Shown piece by piece: positions 10,042 to 22,463 of a stretch of DNA of 64,000 nucleotides. The stretch comes from Gammaproteobacteria bacterium (lineage in GTDB: Bacteria; Pseudomonadota; Gammaproteobacteria; Eutrophobiales; Eutrophobiaceae). Within the stretch, counting starts at the first letter, position 1, and the number at the start of each line of letters is the position of its first letter. A program made the position numbers and the translations under genes. The notes beneath the pieces are model-generated. The model saw only the letters and a list, made by a program, of their open reading frames with translations, did no database searches and was not told the origin of the DNA. Location of the stretch: NCBI GenBank assembly GCA_965238225.1, contig OZ250183.1:320001-384000 (forward strand), read 5' to 3'.

Positions 10042-10926
10042 TCAGATTGTTTCGTTGTTTTTAGTTGCTGGTTTTTCAGGAAACAGGCTACCTGAAACGG
10101 TATTGCTAATATGATATTGAATGGCTTTCTCTGGTCTGGCAAGGATTAGATTTGGTCTGTTGGAAATAATAATGAACTCAATCAACTCGCTTGTGCCAAG
10201 CTCTATTTTTATGGTGTCGATAGCTTCAATTTCTTCATATTTGCGAACGGAAACCGATTCTACTTTTTTCCATGAATTAATAATTTGTTTATGCGCATCG
10301 GATAGCGCCTTATCCTTAGTATTTTTAATATTTAGTTCAGGCAGTTGGATGCTCTTTATCGAAGTATCAGGAGGAAGTAATTTTGCGCTGAGGAAAAAAA
10401 TCGCAGAAGCTTGTAGCTGATGGAAGAGGCCAGCGTTAATAATATGTACAGTATCTTTTATTAGTACGTAACGTAATTTTTCCTCCAGAGGGTTGGTATC
10501 TCCAAAGGCAATATGTGTATCATTCAACACTATAGAAACTCTGGGCACTGCCAATATATAAGGCGTTAAGTCGTTGTCTGGTGCGCTAAAACTAGCATAG
10601 CTATGAGCCCCCAACAGCCTTAACATTACCCTGATTCGTGCAGGGTTTGCTGGCAATTTAAACGGACTTTGCATGATCCAGTTACCCGCTTGCTTTTGAA
10701 AAATGATATCGTCCAGATTGCGTCTTTCTATATGAATGGTGTGAATGCTATCGGGTTCAATATCCGTCAAAGTAACTTCGGGTTCAACAATTTCTTCACT
10801 TTCACCTAGGTTTAAAAATATTGCTAGGGAAATGACACAAAGAAAAATAAATAAATTGATAAAAAAACGTAGTCGCATGGAAGGGTTATTGTTTTTTTCT
10901 GCGCCACCAGATAAATAAGCCAGCAC
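10042..10926 (-). CDS. DUF4340-type accessory protein of a Gld-like ABC system (true start probably MRLRFF)
   Basis: N-terminal membrane anchor, FGDTNPL...RYV motif, position after the GldG-like gene. Confidence 0.7.
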   Translation of the reverse strand: MLAYLSGGAEKNNNPSMRLRFFINLFIFLCVISLAIFLNLGESEEIVEPEVTLTDIEPDSIHTIHIERRNLDDIIFQKQAGNWIMQSPFKLPANPARIRVMLRLLGAHSYASFSAPDNDLTPYILAVPRVSIVLNDTHIAFGDTNPLEEKLRYVLIKDTVHIINAGLFHQLQASAIFFLSAKLLPPDTSIKSIQLPELNIKNTKDKALSDAHKQIINSWKKVESVSVRKYEEIEAIDTIKIELGTSELIEFIIISNRPNLILARPEKAIQYHISNTVSGSLFPEKPATKNNETI

Positions 10927-12271
10927 CGAGGAAAATTAATGGCAAGACTAAAATAAAACCAAATCCAATAATCCATGATGCATAGTCAGGAAATTCAAGA
11001 TGTGCATCACTGATCGTTTTTGCCGGGATACTTATGAAACTATCATCATTGCTTAACCAGTTAATTAGGCGCACACCAAAATCAAGATTGCCGCTGTTAC
11101 CGACATAAGCATTAGAAAGAAAATCTCCATCACCAATAATAATAATTCTTTGTTGGGTGCTGGAAGAGGTTGTGTTTGATTCATTGTGTATTGTTCTTTC
11201 CAGAGTAATGCCAATATCCAATGAACCTGATGTATCGCTATCTTCATTAAATTCAACTTCGCCTTGAAGTGAACCAGTTTCTAACCAGGAATGTTCACTA
11301 CTTATTAATAGACTGGATTTATTCCATTTCTCAAGATGTTCTGCTTGCTCTTCTATCTGTATGGATGTTGTTGTTGGGAAAAAAGTTGTTAAGTTAAATG
11401 CTTTGGTGATGGCGTGTTCAGGGTACATATCTGGAGTGTTGATGAGGATGGTTGGATCTTCTATGTTCAAAAGGCTGCCAGAAGAATCAACCATCATGCC
11501 TGCGCGGATTTTTACATTCAATTGATCAGCCAATGATTCCAGCCCATGTAGACTGCTTGGATCAGCAAGCCAGAGAATATTGCCGCCACGTGATATATAT
11601 TCAACGATAAGCGTGATTTCTTCTGCAAAAATATCTACCGTAGGCGATGCGATGATTAATATTTTAGTGTTATTAGGGACGGCCTCGGCAGTAGCAAGAT
11701 TCAATGGTTGAATCTTGAAACCTCTCAAAACGAGTTGAGATGCCCACAGCTTGAGGTCGTGATTAGCCGTACCAAGAGGATTGCGCTCTCCATGCCCCTC
11801 AAGAAAAGCCAACCAATACTTAGAACCACGCACAAGGCGTTGAAGTGCATTGGTGAATTCTTCCTCAGCACCGGTTTTTACGTGCTCGGTGCGCCCTTGG
11901 TAATGAAGTAACAATTCGCCATTAACACTAATGCCAATATTGCGGATTTCATCAGGCACAACATCCGGGTTGATAAAGTGAAGATTAATATCTGTTTTGA
12001 ACCTTTGGTAACGCCCAACAATTTTTTTAATTGTTTGTCTTAGTGCAGCATCAGATCTGGCATATGCAGTTATTTCAACAGAGCCATCCATTTGATCCAG
12101 AACTTCTTGGCTTGCCTGTGACAAGGTATGGCGTCCACTTTGTGTCCAGTCCATTTGTGTTTGATAACGCACACTTAACCAAGCAAGCAATATAGTCAGG
12201 CAAACTATCAATAATGGTGTGATGAATCTGTTAAAATGAGATTGTAAGCGTAGTTTGGAAGTAATTTTCAT
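10886..12271 (-). CDS. GldG-like ABC auxiliary component
   Basis: DWTQSGRHTLS, GHGER, IIGDGDFLSN and NWLS motifs; C-terminal TM helix followed by WWRRKK. Confidence 0.88.
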   Translation of the reverse strand: MKITSKLRLQSHFNRFITPLLIVCLTILLAWLSVRYQTQMDWTQSGRHTLSQASQEVLDQMDGSVEITAYARSDAALRQTIKKIVGRYQRFKTDINLHFINPDVVPDEIRNIGISVNGELLLHYQGRTEHVKTGAEEEFTNALQRLVRGSKYWLAFLEGHGERNPLGTANHDLKLWASQLVLRGFKIQPLNLATAEAVPNNTKILIIASPTVDIFAEEITLIVEYISRGGNILWLADPSSLHGLESLADQLNVKIRAGMMVDSSGSLLNIEDPTILINTPDMYPEHAITKAFNLTTFFPTTTSIQIEEQAEHLEKWNKSSLLISSEHSWLETGSLQGEVEFNEDSDTSGSLDIGITLERTIHNESNTTSSSTQQRIIIIGDGDFLSNAYVGNSGNLDFGVRLINWLSNDDSFISIPAKTISDAHLEFPDYASWIIGFGFILVLPLIFLGAGLFIWWRRKKQ

Positions 12272-12274
12272 GAC

Positions 12275-13018
12275 TTAATACAGTCGTTCATTATCCAGTC
12301 GCCAGATACTGAGGATGATAAATGCGCTATTTACCAGTAGGTAATAAATAACATCTGTAGAATTAAAAATTCCGTCTAAGAGATTATGATAATGATTTAA
12401 CAATGATACATAGTTCAGTATCTCTCTAAATAATCCTGTGCTGGTATTGCCTGCCATATTCATAATCCATAGTACGAATAAAATAGCAAAGGTACTAATA
12501 GCTGCAATGGCAGGCTGGCTTGTCAAAGAAGACACAAACAAACCAATTGCTGCAAAAGAGCTCGTTAGCAATACCATGCCTATGAAAGCCGAGAGTAGTT
12601 GCAATAGATCAAGCTCAGTACCCATGAGCAGTGAAAGCGGCATCAAGGCAATCAAGCCTAGTAGTAAAAATAAATAGCTAAGCACCCCGATATATTTGCC
12701 CAAGACAAGCTCGGTAATGGATACAGGTGAGGAGAGTAATAATTTTATACTGCCTGTCTGACGTTCTTCACTAAAGGTATTCATGGTCACAAAAGGCGTA
12801 ATCAGCAGTAGGATGATGCCTGCAATTTGCATAAGCCCAACTACAACAATTTCAGTTACTCCATAATTAGAAAATAATGAAGCTGTAGCCAGATTGGTAA
12901 GAATCAAGAGGAAAAATATTGCCATAAGAAATTGTACGACTACGCAGATTATCCACGCCAGAGGTGATTTAAATAATCGTTTTAGATCATGTGTTGCTAT
13001 ATGGAAAATAATTTTCAT
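12275..13018 (-). CDS. ABC-2 type permease (GldF-like)
   Basis: Multiple TM segments; TMNTFSEERQTGSIKLLLSSP and LVLGKY. Confidence 0.9.
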   Translation of the reverse strand: MKIIFHIATHDLKRLFKSPLAWIICVVVQFLMAIFFLLILTNLATASLFSNYGVTEIVVVGLMQIAGIILLLITPFVTMNTFSEERQTGSIKLLLSSPVSITELVLGKYIGVLSYLFLLLGLIALMPLSLLMGTELDLLQLLSAFIGMVLLTSSFAAIGLFVSSLTSQPAIAAISTFAILFVLWIMNMAGNTSTGLFREILNYVSLLNHYHNLLDGIFNSTDVIYYLLVNSAFIILSIWRLDNERLY

Positions 13019-13992
13019 TCTGCATTTCCCATGGCGGTATCAAGATTTTCATTTGACGCAAGTTTATTTTCTCCACGGGTGAGCTGCACAAAGATTTCCT
13101 CAAGACAATTCTGTTCGGGAATCATTTCATAGAGTTCCCACTCGGATTCGACCGCTAATTTTGTTATTCGGTTTATTGTGTTAATGCCTGGTTCACAATA
13201 AAATTTGAAATGATGACTATCTATTTTCTCAATGTTGATGACACCTTCTATTTTGCCCAAAATCTCCATAGATGGTGGTTGTCGTAAGGAAATTTTTAGC
13301 AGTGTTCTTTGATTATCTTGTTGTAGTTTTTCCAAAGATTCATTCAGTACAATCTTGCCTTGGTTAATAATTAGAATACGATCGCAGACGCTTTGTGCTT
13401 CAGTAAGTATATGCGTAGATAAAATTACGCTGTGATCATTGCCCAATTCGCTGATGAGTTCTCTGATTTCCAGAATCTGATTTGGATCCAGTCCTGAAGT
13501 TGGTTCATCAAGAATCACAATTGCAGGGGAATGAATAATTGCCTGAGCAATGCCGACACGTTGTTTGAAGCCCTTTGACAAGTTTTTAATAAGACGTTTG
13601 CCAGTTTCTTCTAGGCCACAGCGTTGCTTGCTTTGTACGACCGCTTTTTTTAATTCAGTTTTCCTAATGCCACGTAAACGTGCTGCGTAGTATAGGTATT
13701 CATCTACGTTTAAATCTTGATATAAAGGGGGTTGTTCAGGAAGAAAGCCGATGTGTCGTTTAGAAGCCTTAGGTGAATCAAATATATCATGGCCTGCAAC
13801 GGTAATTTTTCCTGCACTGGCGGATAAAATACCACATATAATTTGCATGGTTGTGCTTTTACCTGCGCCATTTGGGCCTAAAAGACCAAGCACCTCGCCT
13901 TGATGCACGGCAAAGCTAATATCGTTAATTGCACAATTATCACCGTAATAGCGGGAAATGTGCTCGGCGGAGATGAGAATTTCCTTGTCCAT
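13015..13992 (-). CDS. ABC transporter ATP-binding protein (GldA-like)
   Basis: Walker A GPNGAGKST, signature LSKGFKQR, ILDEPTSGLD; start taken at MDKEIL because the longer ORF reaches the rpmG terminator. Confidence 0.92.
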   Translation of the reverse strand: MDKEILISAEHISRYYGDNCAINDISFAVHQGEVLGLLGPNGAGKSTTMQIICGILSASAGKITVAGHDIFDSPKASKRHIGFLPEQPPLYQDLNVDEYLYYAARLRGIRKTELKKAVVQSKQRCGLEETGKRLIKNLSKGFKQRVGIAQAIIHSPAIVILDEPTSGLDPNQILEIRELISELGNDHSVILSTHILTEAQSVCDRILIINQGKIVLNESLEKLQQDNQRTLLKISLRQPPSMEILGKIEGVINIEKIDSHHFKFYCEPGINTINRITKLAVESEWELYEMIPEQNCLEEIFVQLTRGENKLASNENLDTAMGNAE

Positions 13993-14074
13993 TACGAAGT
14001 TCATTGAGAGGATATTATTCAAACCAACAGAGGTGTTGCAAGATAAAATAGAACAAAACAAGTTTACTGGCAAC

Positions 14075-14099
14075 AAAAACCTACCGTAAGCGGGTTTTT
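14075..14099 (-). terminator. Probable intrinsic terminator of rpmB-rpmG
   Basis: Minus strand aaaaacccgc-ttacg-gtaggttttt: imperfect hairpin with a U-tract just after rpmG. Confidence 0.5.
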
Positions 14100-14121
14100 G
14101 ATTTGATATAGCTAAAAGACG

Positions 14122-14277
14122 CTATCTTATTTTAGCTTCTTTATACATTACATGCCTTCTCACAACAGGATCAAATTTTTTGATTTCCATTTTCTCTGGC
14201 ATGGTACGTTTGTTCTTACAGGTTGTGTAATAGTGCCCAGTGCCAGCTGAAGAAACGAGTTTTATTTTGTCAGCCAT
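14122..14277 (-). CDS. rpmG: 50S ribosomal protein L33 (not in the ORF track)
   Basis: Manual translation [51 protein letters not shown]. Confidence 0.97.
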   Translation of the reverse strand: MADKIKLVSSAGTGHYYTTCKNKRTMPEKMEIKKFDPVVRRHVMYKEAKIR

Positions 14278-14323
14278 AATATATTTTCTTTAGTATATTT
14301 TCTTTAGCGCATTTTCTCTGGGT

Positions 14324-14569
14324 TTACGTTTCTATGCCTTTTTTGCCGCATGCGCGGATTTCTTTTAAAACAGTCTCAATACCTTTTTTGTCGATAATAC
14401 GTAAACCTTTACTGCTGACGCGCAATTTAATCCAACGATTCTCATTTTCTAACCAAAAACGATGGCTGTGTAAATTTGGCAAGAAACGCCGCCGCGTTCT
14501 GTTGTTGGCGTGGGAGACATTGTTCCCTGACATCGGGCGTTTACCCGTTACTTGGCATACTCGTGACAT
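14324..14569 (-). CDS. rpmB: 50S ribosomal protein L28
   Basis: [33 protein letters not shown]. Confidence 0.98.
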   Translation of the reverse strand: MSRVCQVTGKRPMSGNNVSHANNRTRRRFLPNLHSHRFWLENENRWIKLRVSSKGLRIIDKKGIETVLKEIRACGKKGIET

Positions 14570-14600
14570 TTAATTCTAAATCTTTAATCTGTTAGGTAAG

Positions 14601-14637
14601 GGGTGCGGATTGTACATGGGTTGAGTCGCTTCTCCAA
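14601..14637 (-). promoter_or_regulatory. Putative sigma70 promoter of rpmB
   Basis: Minus strand TTGGAG-17 nt-TACAAT followed by a GC-rich discriminator (ccgcaccc). Confidence 0.55.
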
Positions 14638-14787
14638 GTATTTCGAGGTTTTTATGAAGACGTTTATCTTGCCGCCCCAGTACGCGAGATTATGTAAGCG
14701 AGATTATGCAATTTTGTCCTATCTTGAAAAAGAGCAGATTATAAGGAATATCTGGCTTAAAATTAATCAAGGAATTAGGCATTGTTC

Positions 14788-14966
14788 AAAAATTATTATT
14801 AATGGAAATGGTATGTTTGTAAAATTTAAGAGAAACTTGGTTTGATGACTATTTGCCAATCTTTAAAAAGATTGGCAACTTGAAGGAATTTGTCGAATAT
14901 TGAAAAAGGGACATTTCGAAGATAGCCTCCAAGAACAACCGCGCGCCCAAGAAGGTGAAAAATTGA
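14788..14966 (+). pseudogene. Remnant of an EcoRV-family restriction endonuclease C-terminus
   Basis: Frameshifted pieces IIINGNGMFVKF / [30 protein letters not shown]...KKVKN* resemble the tail of EcoRV-type endonucleases; its stop overlaps the methyltransferase TTG (TTGA). Confidence 0.55.
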
Positions 14967-15871
14967 AAGTAAAAGTACCCCCGATTAAATCGCAAGGGAT
15001 CAAGACAAAACTTGTACCTTGGATACACACCATTGTCCCCAAAAAATTTGAAGGTCGCTGGATAGAGCCTTTCATGGGCACGGGCGTTGTGGGTTTTAAT
15101 ATTGCCCCGAAACATGCGATGATGTGCGATACCAATCCACATTTGATCGACTTCTACAATACGATTAAAAGTGGTGAAATAACACCAGAAGTTGTAAGAA
15201 AATTCTTAAATGATGAAGGTGCGCTATTACTTGAAAGGGGTGACGAACACTATTACGCCATTCGCGAAAGGTTCAATGAGAAGCATCAACCACTGGACTT
15301 TTTATTCGTCAATCGGTCAGGGTTTAACGGTATGATCCGCTTCAATAAAAAAGGCGGATTTAATATACCGTTTTGCAGAAAGCCAAATAGGTTCGCACAA
15401 GCCTATGTTACCAAGATTGTGAATCAGGTTGATTATGTTTCACAGTTGTTGAAAGCAAAGGATTTTGCATTCAAATGCCAACCTTTTTCAAAAACTATAA
15501 AGCAAGCAAGGCTCGATGACATCATATATTGTGACCCACCTTATATAGGCAGACATGTAGACTACTTTAACGGATGGGATGAAACACAAGAAAATAATCT
15601 TTTTAATATCTTGTCACAATCAAGAAGTAAATTCATTTTGTCAACATGGCATCATAATGATTTTCGTGAAAACGAATATATTGATTCCTTATGGAACAAT
15701 TTTAATATACTAACAAGAGAACATTTTTATCACGTAGGTGGTAGTGAAAAAAATAGAAATCCTATGATTGAGGCCATAATTACAAACTACGATACAAGAT
15801 TTTTTCAGAATCAAAAAAAAGAAATACATGATCAGTCAATGCTGCTAGAGCAGAAAATGGTAACTACATAG
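14963..15871 (+). CDS. N6-adenine DNA methyltransferase, M.EcoRV-like (Dam/D12 class; probable GATATC target)
   Basis: [60 protein letters not shown] and STWHHND are characteristic of M.EcoRV; probable TTG start at 14963. Confidence 0.92.
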   Translation: MKVKVPPIKSQGIKTKLVPWIHTIVPKKFEGRWIEPFMGTGVVGFNIAPKHAMMCDTNPHLIDFYNTIKSGEITPEVVRKFLNDEGALLLERGDEHYYAIRERFNEKHQPLDFLFVNRSGFNGMIRFNKKGGFNIPFCRKPNRFAQAYVTKIVNQVDYVSQLLKAKDFAFKCQPFSKTIKQARLDDIIYCDPPYIGRHVDYFNGWDETQENNLFNILSQSRSKFILSTWHHNDFRENEYIDSLWNNFNILTREHFYHVGGSEKNRNPMIEAIITNYDTRFFQNQKKEIHDQSMLLEQKMVTT

Positions 15872-15975
15872 CAATGAGAGAATTATTAAAATAAAAGGAT
15901 TTAGTAAATGTATGTTTGTAGGTTTAAGCATATAGGTCTTCAAAAATTTTATACTTTAGAATTTAAGTAAAATTA

Positions 15976-17229
15976 ATGGTGTTAATGAATAACTTAACAA
16001 ACAAAAAAATACTTCTGGGTGTGACTGGCGGGATTGCCGCATACAAGAGCGCAGAATTGGTGAGGCGCTTACAAGAGCAAGGTGCGGATGTGCGTGTGGT
16101 AATGACGCGAAGCGCTTGTGAATTCATCACACCACTTACGATGCAGGCTTTGTCAGGTCACAAGGTGCATATAGAATTACTGGAGCATGTAGTTGAATCT
16201 GGTATGAGCCATATTGAATTGGCACGCTGGAGTGACATAGTCCTAGTTGCGCCAGCAAGCGCCAATTTTATTGCACGTTTGGCACACGGATTGGCAGATG
16301 ATCTATTAAGTACAGTGTGCTTGGCGACTGAAGCGCAAGTAGTTATTGCGCCTGCTATGAATAAACAAATGTGGACAAACGTCGCCACACAGGAAAATAT
16401 TGCGATACTAGGTCAGCGAGAACTAAAAATAGTCGGCCCATCTGTAGGCAGTCAGGCATGCGGGGAGACTGGACTGGGCAGGATGCTGGAACCAGAACAA
16501 TTAATATCAGAAATAAGTCAGCTATTTTCTGTGGGCTCGCTCGCCCATCTGAAAATAGTGGTGACGGCAGGCCCAACCCATGAAGCCATTGACCCGGTTC
16601 GCTACATTACCAATTATAGTTCGGGGCGAATGGGCTATGCGGTTGCCAAGGCAGCAGCTGAAGCTGGAGCCAGTGTGACCTTGATTTCCGGGCCAGTGAC
16701 CATTGCGCCACCATGCGAGGTTCACTGTATCAGTGTAGAGACTGCACTACAGATGCGTGATGCCACCATGTCAAATATTATTGAATCTAATATTTTTGTC
16801 GCTGCAGCTGCGGTGGCGGATTATAGCTGCGTTTATATTGCTAGGCAAAAAATTAAAAAGAAATCAGACGATTACAGTCTGTTACTACAAAAGAGTCCTG
16901 ACATTTTGGCGGAAGTTGCCAGTTTGCCACAGCCACCATTCACAGTTGGTTTTGCCGCTGAGACTGAAAACTTGTTAGACAATGCCAAAACCAAGCTGCA
17001 AAACAAGAAACTGGATATGATTGCAGCAAATCAGGTGGGTGAAGGGCTTGGGTTTAATGCGGAAGAAAATGAACTGCATATATTTTGGCGTAGCGGAGGC
17101 GAAAGACAGGGACATCAAACCATAAAACAGCAGATACTGGAACGGATGCCAAAAGAAAAACTTGCACGTCAACTAATAAAGGTAATTGCAAATCACTACC
17201 ATGAAAAAAATTCAATTCAAATGCATTGA
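15976..17229 (+). CDS. coaBC: Phosphopantothenoylcysteine decarboxylase / phosphopantothenate-cysteine ligase
   Basis: [45 protein letters not shown]. Confidence 0.97.
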   Translation: MVLMNNLTNKKILLGVTGGIAAYKSAELVRRLQEQGADVRVVMTRSACEFITPLTMQALSGHKVHIELLEHVVESGMSHIELARWSDIVLVAPASANFIARLAHGLADDLLSTVCLATEAQVVIAPAMNKQMWTNVATQENIAILGQRELKIVGPSVGSQACGETGLGRMLEPEQLISEISQLFSVGSLAHLKIVVTAGPTHEAIDPVRYITNYSSGRMGYAVAKAAAEAGASVTLISGPVTIAPPCEVHCISVETALQMRDATMSNIIESNIFVAAAAVADYSCVYIARQKIKKKSDDYSLLLQKSPDILAEVASLPQPPFTVGFAAETENLLDNAKTKLQNKKLDMIAANQVGEGLGFNAEENELHIFWRSGGERQGHQTIKQQILERMPKEKLARQLIKVIANHYHEKNSIQMH

Positions 17230-17653
17230 TAAAAGACTTGGCAATGAATTTCCGATGCCCAATTATGCAACTCTAGGTTCAGCAGGGATAGATATTAGTG
17301 CCTGCCTTCTTGAGCCGCTTTTGCTCAACCCTGGAGAAACCTCTTTGATACCCACTGGTTTTGCTATCCATATTGGAGATGCTGGCCTCGCTGCTGTACT
17401 TTTGCCTCGTTCCGGACTTGGTCATAAAAAAGGCATTGTTTTAGGCAATTTGGTTGGTTTGATTGATTCAGATTATCAAGGCGAGGTATGTATTTCCTGT
17501 TGGAATCGTGGACATGAATCCTTCACAATAAATCCAGGAGATAGGATTGCGCAAATGGTTTTTATGCCAGTAGTTCAAGCAGTATTTGACATTGTTGATG
17601 AATTTGATAAAAGCCATCGTGGTGAAGGTGGTTTTGGTCATACAGGTGTTTAA
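17201..17653 (+). CDS. dut: dUTP diphosphatase
   Basis: [32 protein letters not shown]. Confidence 0.97.
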   Translation: MKKIQFKCIDKRLGNEFPMPNYATLGSAGIDISACLLEPLLLNPGETSLIPTGFAIHIGDAGLAAVLLPRSGLGHKKGIVLGNLVGLIDSDYQGEVCISCWNRGHESFTINPGDRIAQMVFMPVVQAVFDIVDEFDKSHRGEGGFGHTGV

Positions 17654-17751
17654 GTGTAATTCTGTATTGGTTCAAGCAATAGAGTTAGCCGACGTATAAA
17701 TATAAGATGTAGTTAGAAATTTAGGGTTTATTGGGATAGTAAGTAGTAGCT

Positions 17752-18202
17752 GTGGGCTCAGTAACAGGCAGGAAATATAAGCAGGAAACGATACGTACTA
17801 TCGTAATGATCGGAGCCATTTTGTTGTTGATGACAGTATTTGCAAGTGTGTTTGCTATAGAGAATAGTTTTGAAAAAACGGAAAAGAAAACACAAAATAG
17901 CCCACAAGAAATTTCATCAAATGCAGTTGTGGTCGTGACGAAACTCAGTCGAGTCGGTAGAAGATAGTTACAAGCTCGCCCCTAGACAGATGATGATTCC
18001 ATTAAGAGGTAATAATTACCCTAGGCTTTCCAAGGAAATGTTTAAAAATGATCCTGATTTTATTGTTGCCCTCAGGGTTATTTTTTATCGACGAAAATTA
18101 CCTAATTCAGAATCTCAGGATACATCCGAAAAAGAGCTTGGGTCTGATGCCGCTTTTAAGGATACTGTGGATATGAAGAATAGTCATGGTTCGAAGATTT
18201 GA
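17752..18202 (+). pseudogene. Fragmented N-terminal membrane extension of a long-form AlgC (tentative)
   Basis: Two short same-strand ORFs, one with a TM helix, lead directly into the acidic linker and catalytic core of algC. Confidence 0.4.
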
Positions 18203-19722
18203 TTACAGATGCATCACAAGATGACGTGTCCTTAGACAATATAAACAGTGAAATGTCATCTACAGGATCGCCACCTGATAAAAACCCTGTGCAGCAGGAA
18301 AGCTCGGAATTCATTTCCCTAGAGTCAGCATCACTTAGCGACCTTGAAATCTCGTCAGAAATATTTCGTGCCTACGATATTCGCGGTGTCGTTGGCGAAA
18401 CTTTGTCTGTGTCCGTTGTCCGTGAAATCGGGCGTGCAATAGGCAGTGAAACTTGTGAACGCGGGCAGCAGAGTATCGTCGTTGCGCGCGATGGACGAAT
18501 AAGTAGCCCTGAGTTATGTGGCGCCTTAATTGAAGGATTGCGTGCATCAGGACGAGATGTCATCGATATTGGCGTGGTACCAACTCCGGTGTTGTATTTT
18601 GCGACACATCATCTAGCAACTAGGAGTGGAGTGATGCTTACAGGGAGTCATAATGATCCTGAATATAATGGTTTAAAGGTAGTGCTTGATGGTGAGGCTT
18701 TGTCGGGCGCTGCTATTACAGAAATTTATGATCGGATTGTGAATAATAAACTGTCTGAAGGTCAAGGTAGTTTGCAGGCAGACGATATCAGGGATCATTA
18801 TTTAAAAAGAATTACAGATGATATTCCTACTGCCACAAATGGCATATTCAAGATTGTCGTGGACTGTGGTAACGGTGTCGCCGGTCATTTGGCACCTAAA
18901 CTTTACAGAGCCATGGGTCATGATGTCATAGAATTATATTGTGACATTGACGGTAGTTTCCCAAATCATCAGCCTGATCTTAGCCAGCCAGAGAATTTGC
19001 AGTCGTTGATAGAGACAGTCAAAAAGGAAAATGCAGATCTAGGTTTTGCGTTTGATGGTGATGGTGACCGCTTGGGTATCGTTGATGGTGATGGAAATAT
19101 TATCTGGCCGGATAGGCAGATGATGTTATTTGCAAAGGATGTTTTGTCTAGGAATCATAAGGCAATAATAATATTTGATGTTAAATGTAGCCGTCATCTG
19201 CGGGCAATCATTGAGACCAGTGGCGGAACACCATTGATGTGGAAATCAGGACATTCTCTGATCAAGTCGAAAATGAAAGAAGTCGATGCATTGTTGGCTG
19301 GTGAAATGAGCGGACATATATTTTTCAAGGATCGCTGGTTTGGTTTTGATGATGCAATGTATGCAGGTGCCAGAACTTTGGAAATATTAGCAAACAGCAA
19401 AGATACTCCTGCCAAAATCTTTGCTGCATTGCCAGGCGGTATATCGACGCATGAACTTCGCATCCCTCTAGCAGAAAAACATCATGAAAAAATAATGCGG
19501 ATTATGAAAGATAAAATGGTATTTGAAGGTGCGGAGGTAACAGACATTGATGGACTGCGTGTCGATTTTTCAGATGGCTGGGGTTTGGTCAGGCCATCAA
19601 ATACAAGCCCATATTTAGTCGCCAGATTTGAGGCGGAAAGCAAAGAGACTCTGGAAAGGATACAGGCAGAGTTTCGTGATTTATTACAATCGGTTTCAGC
19701 AGACTTAAAGCTGCCGTTTTGA
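18199..19722 (+). CDS. algC: Phosphomannomutase/phosphoglucomutase
   Basis: IFRAYDIRG, TGSHN catalytic Ser, DGDGDR metal loop, GEMSGH; start uncertain. Confidence 0.95.
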   Translation: MITDASQDDVSLDNINSEMSSTGSPPDKNPVQQESSEFISLESASLSDLEISSEIFRAYDIRGVVGETLSVSVVREIGRAIGSETCERGQQSIVVARDGRISSPELCGALIEGLRASGRDVIDIGVVPTPVLYFATHHLATRSGVMLTGSHNDPEYNGLKVVLDGEALSGAAITEIYDRIVNNKLSEGQGSLQADDIRDHYLKRITDDIPTATNGIFKIVVDCGNGVAGHLAPKLYRAMGHDVIELYCDIDGSFPNHQPDLSQPENLQSLIETVKKENADLGFAFDGDGDRLGIVDGDGNIIWPDRQMMLFAKDVLSRNHKAIIIFDVKCSRHLRAIIETSGGTPLMWKSGHSLIKSKMKEVDALLAGEMSGHIFFKDRWFGFDDAMYAGARTLEILANSKDTPAKIFAALPGGISTHELRIPLAEKHHEKIMRIMKDKMVFEGAEVTDIDGLRVDFSDGWGLVRPSNTSPYLVARFEAESKETLERIQAEFRDLLQSVSADLKLPF

Positions 19723-19767
19723 TAAGCTATCTTGGCAGTGGCTAAGTATTAAAAATACAAAAGTTAA

Positions 19768-21305
<1,538 letters not shown>

Positions 21306-21322
21306 TTTCTCTCTGACAGTTA

Positions 21323-21952
21323 TCATTTATTTTTTTGCAGTTTCTCGAAGCGTTCGATCTTTTCTGCATATTCTTTCTTTATCTCTTCTTGTTTCAGGCG
21401 TTTTTCTGCAATAAATTTATTATTATTTTTGATCTGTTTTTTTAATTTAACTATGTTATCGATCAAGTTTTTTTTTGCTTCTTCGTCCGCAGATTTTGCA
21501 GCAGCCATATATTTATCTAGGTTAATCTGGATTTTTTTATTGCGCATACTCACCAATGCGATCTCAGAATTAATCACAACAATTTTTCCGTCACCTGCCA
21601 TCTGAATATCATCTACATTGCTGTAGGTATCCAAGAGGATTTCATTTTTAATGGCTTCTTTTGCCTTTTTGGCAGCTTCTTCTGCCTTTTTAGCGGTCAC
21701 CCGCTCTTGTTCTAGTATTTCTTCTTTGGTTAGTGCCCTTTCTTCTCTTCCTACTGTAATCCCTTGACTGTTGATTTTTTCATAACCTTGTTGTGAATAC
21801 TCAGGAGGGACATTTTCACCGCATTCTCTGATGCCATCGTTATTTCTCCAGCATTTAATCCGTGCTTGGGCGGAGGTAGATATTATGACCAGACTCGTGC
21901 ATATCAGAGTCATGGTGATTGCGGTCAATAAAGATCGTTTTGAAATAGTCAT
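21323..21952 (-). CDS. Exported coiled-coil protein (DUF4124-like)
   Basis: Signal peptide, IKCWRNNDG...ECGENVPPE, LLDTYSNVDDI, long coiled coil. Confidence 0.7.
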   Translation of the reverse strand: MTISKRSLLTAITMTLICTSLVIISTSAQARIKCWRNNDGIRECGENVPPEYSQQGYEKINSQGITVGREERALTKEEILEQERVTAKKAEEAAKKAKEAIKNEILLDTYSNVDDIQMAGDGKIVVINSEIALVSMRNKKIQINLDKYMAAAKSADEEAKKNLIDNIVKLKKQIKNNNKFIAEKRLKQEEIKKEYAEKIERFEKLQKNK

Positions 21953-22463
21953 ATCTGTACCTGCATTTTATCTCATAATGTAACTAATTTTTCTATTAGT
22001 TATAAATGTAAGACATAAGATTACAGTGTCTTAACTTAATAATTCTCTTTGGGTATTTTAGTATAGCACCTTGTTATTATATATAGAAATTTACCTATCT
22101 TTAAAACAAAGTATAGAGCATATTATCCAGAAAGATTATGCCCAAAATCTATATCTGCATCCATGCCTCGAAAGTTCAACGGGCATCTCTGCCGCCATAT
22201 CGGCACAGACCATACATTATCGCGTTTTTTTGCATACCTATAACACTGACATTAACTTGCCGCTGAGATTTTTCTTTAAAGGTATAATCGGATTTTGACA
22301 TACAGTCTTCTAATTTGACACTTTAATAAAGTTATTTGTGGAATAAGCCGTTTGTGATGTCGCATAGTTCGCGGTATCTTGTCAAGATTTTTAGACATAC
22401 TCAGTATTTTTCTAGATATTCGGTTATTGGCTGTGAACCTGAAAATAAATAAAGGTTTGATGA

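Noticed and set aside
14603-14845. 80-aa plus-strand ORF as a real gene
   Set aside because: Overlaps the putative rpmB promoter; only its tail matches the endonuclease remnant.
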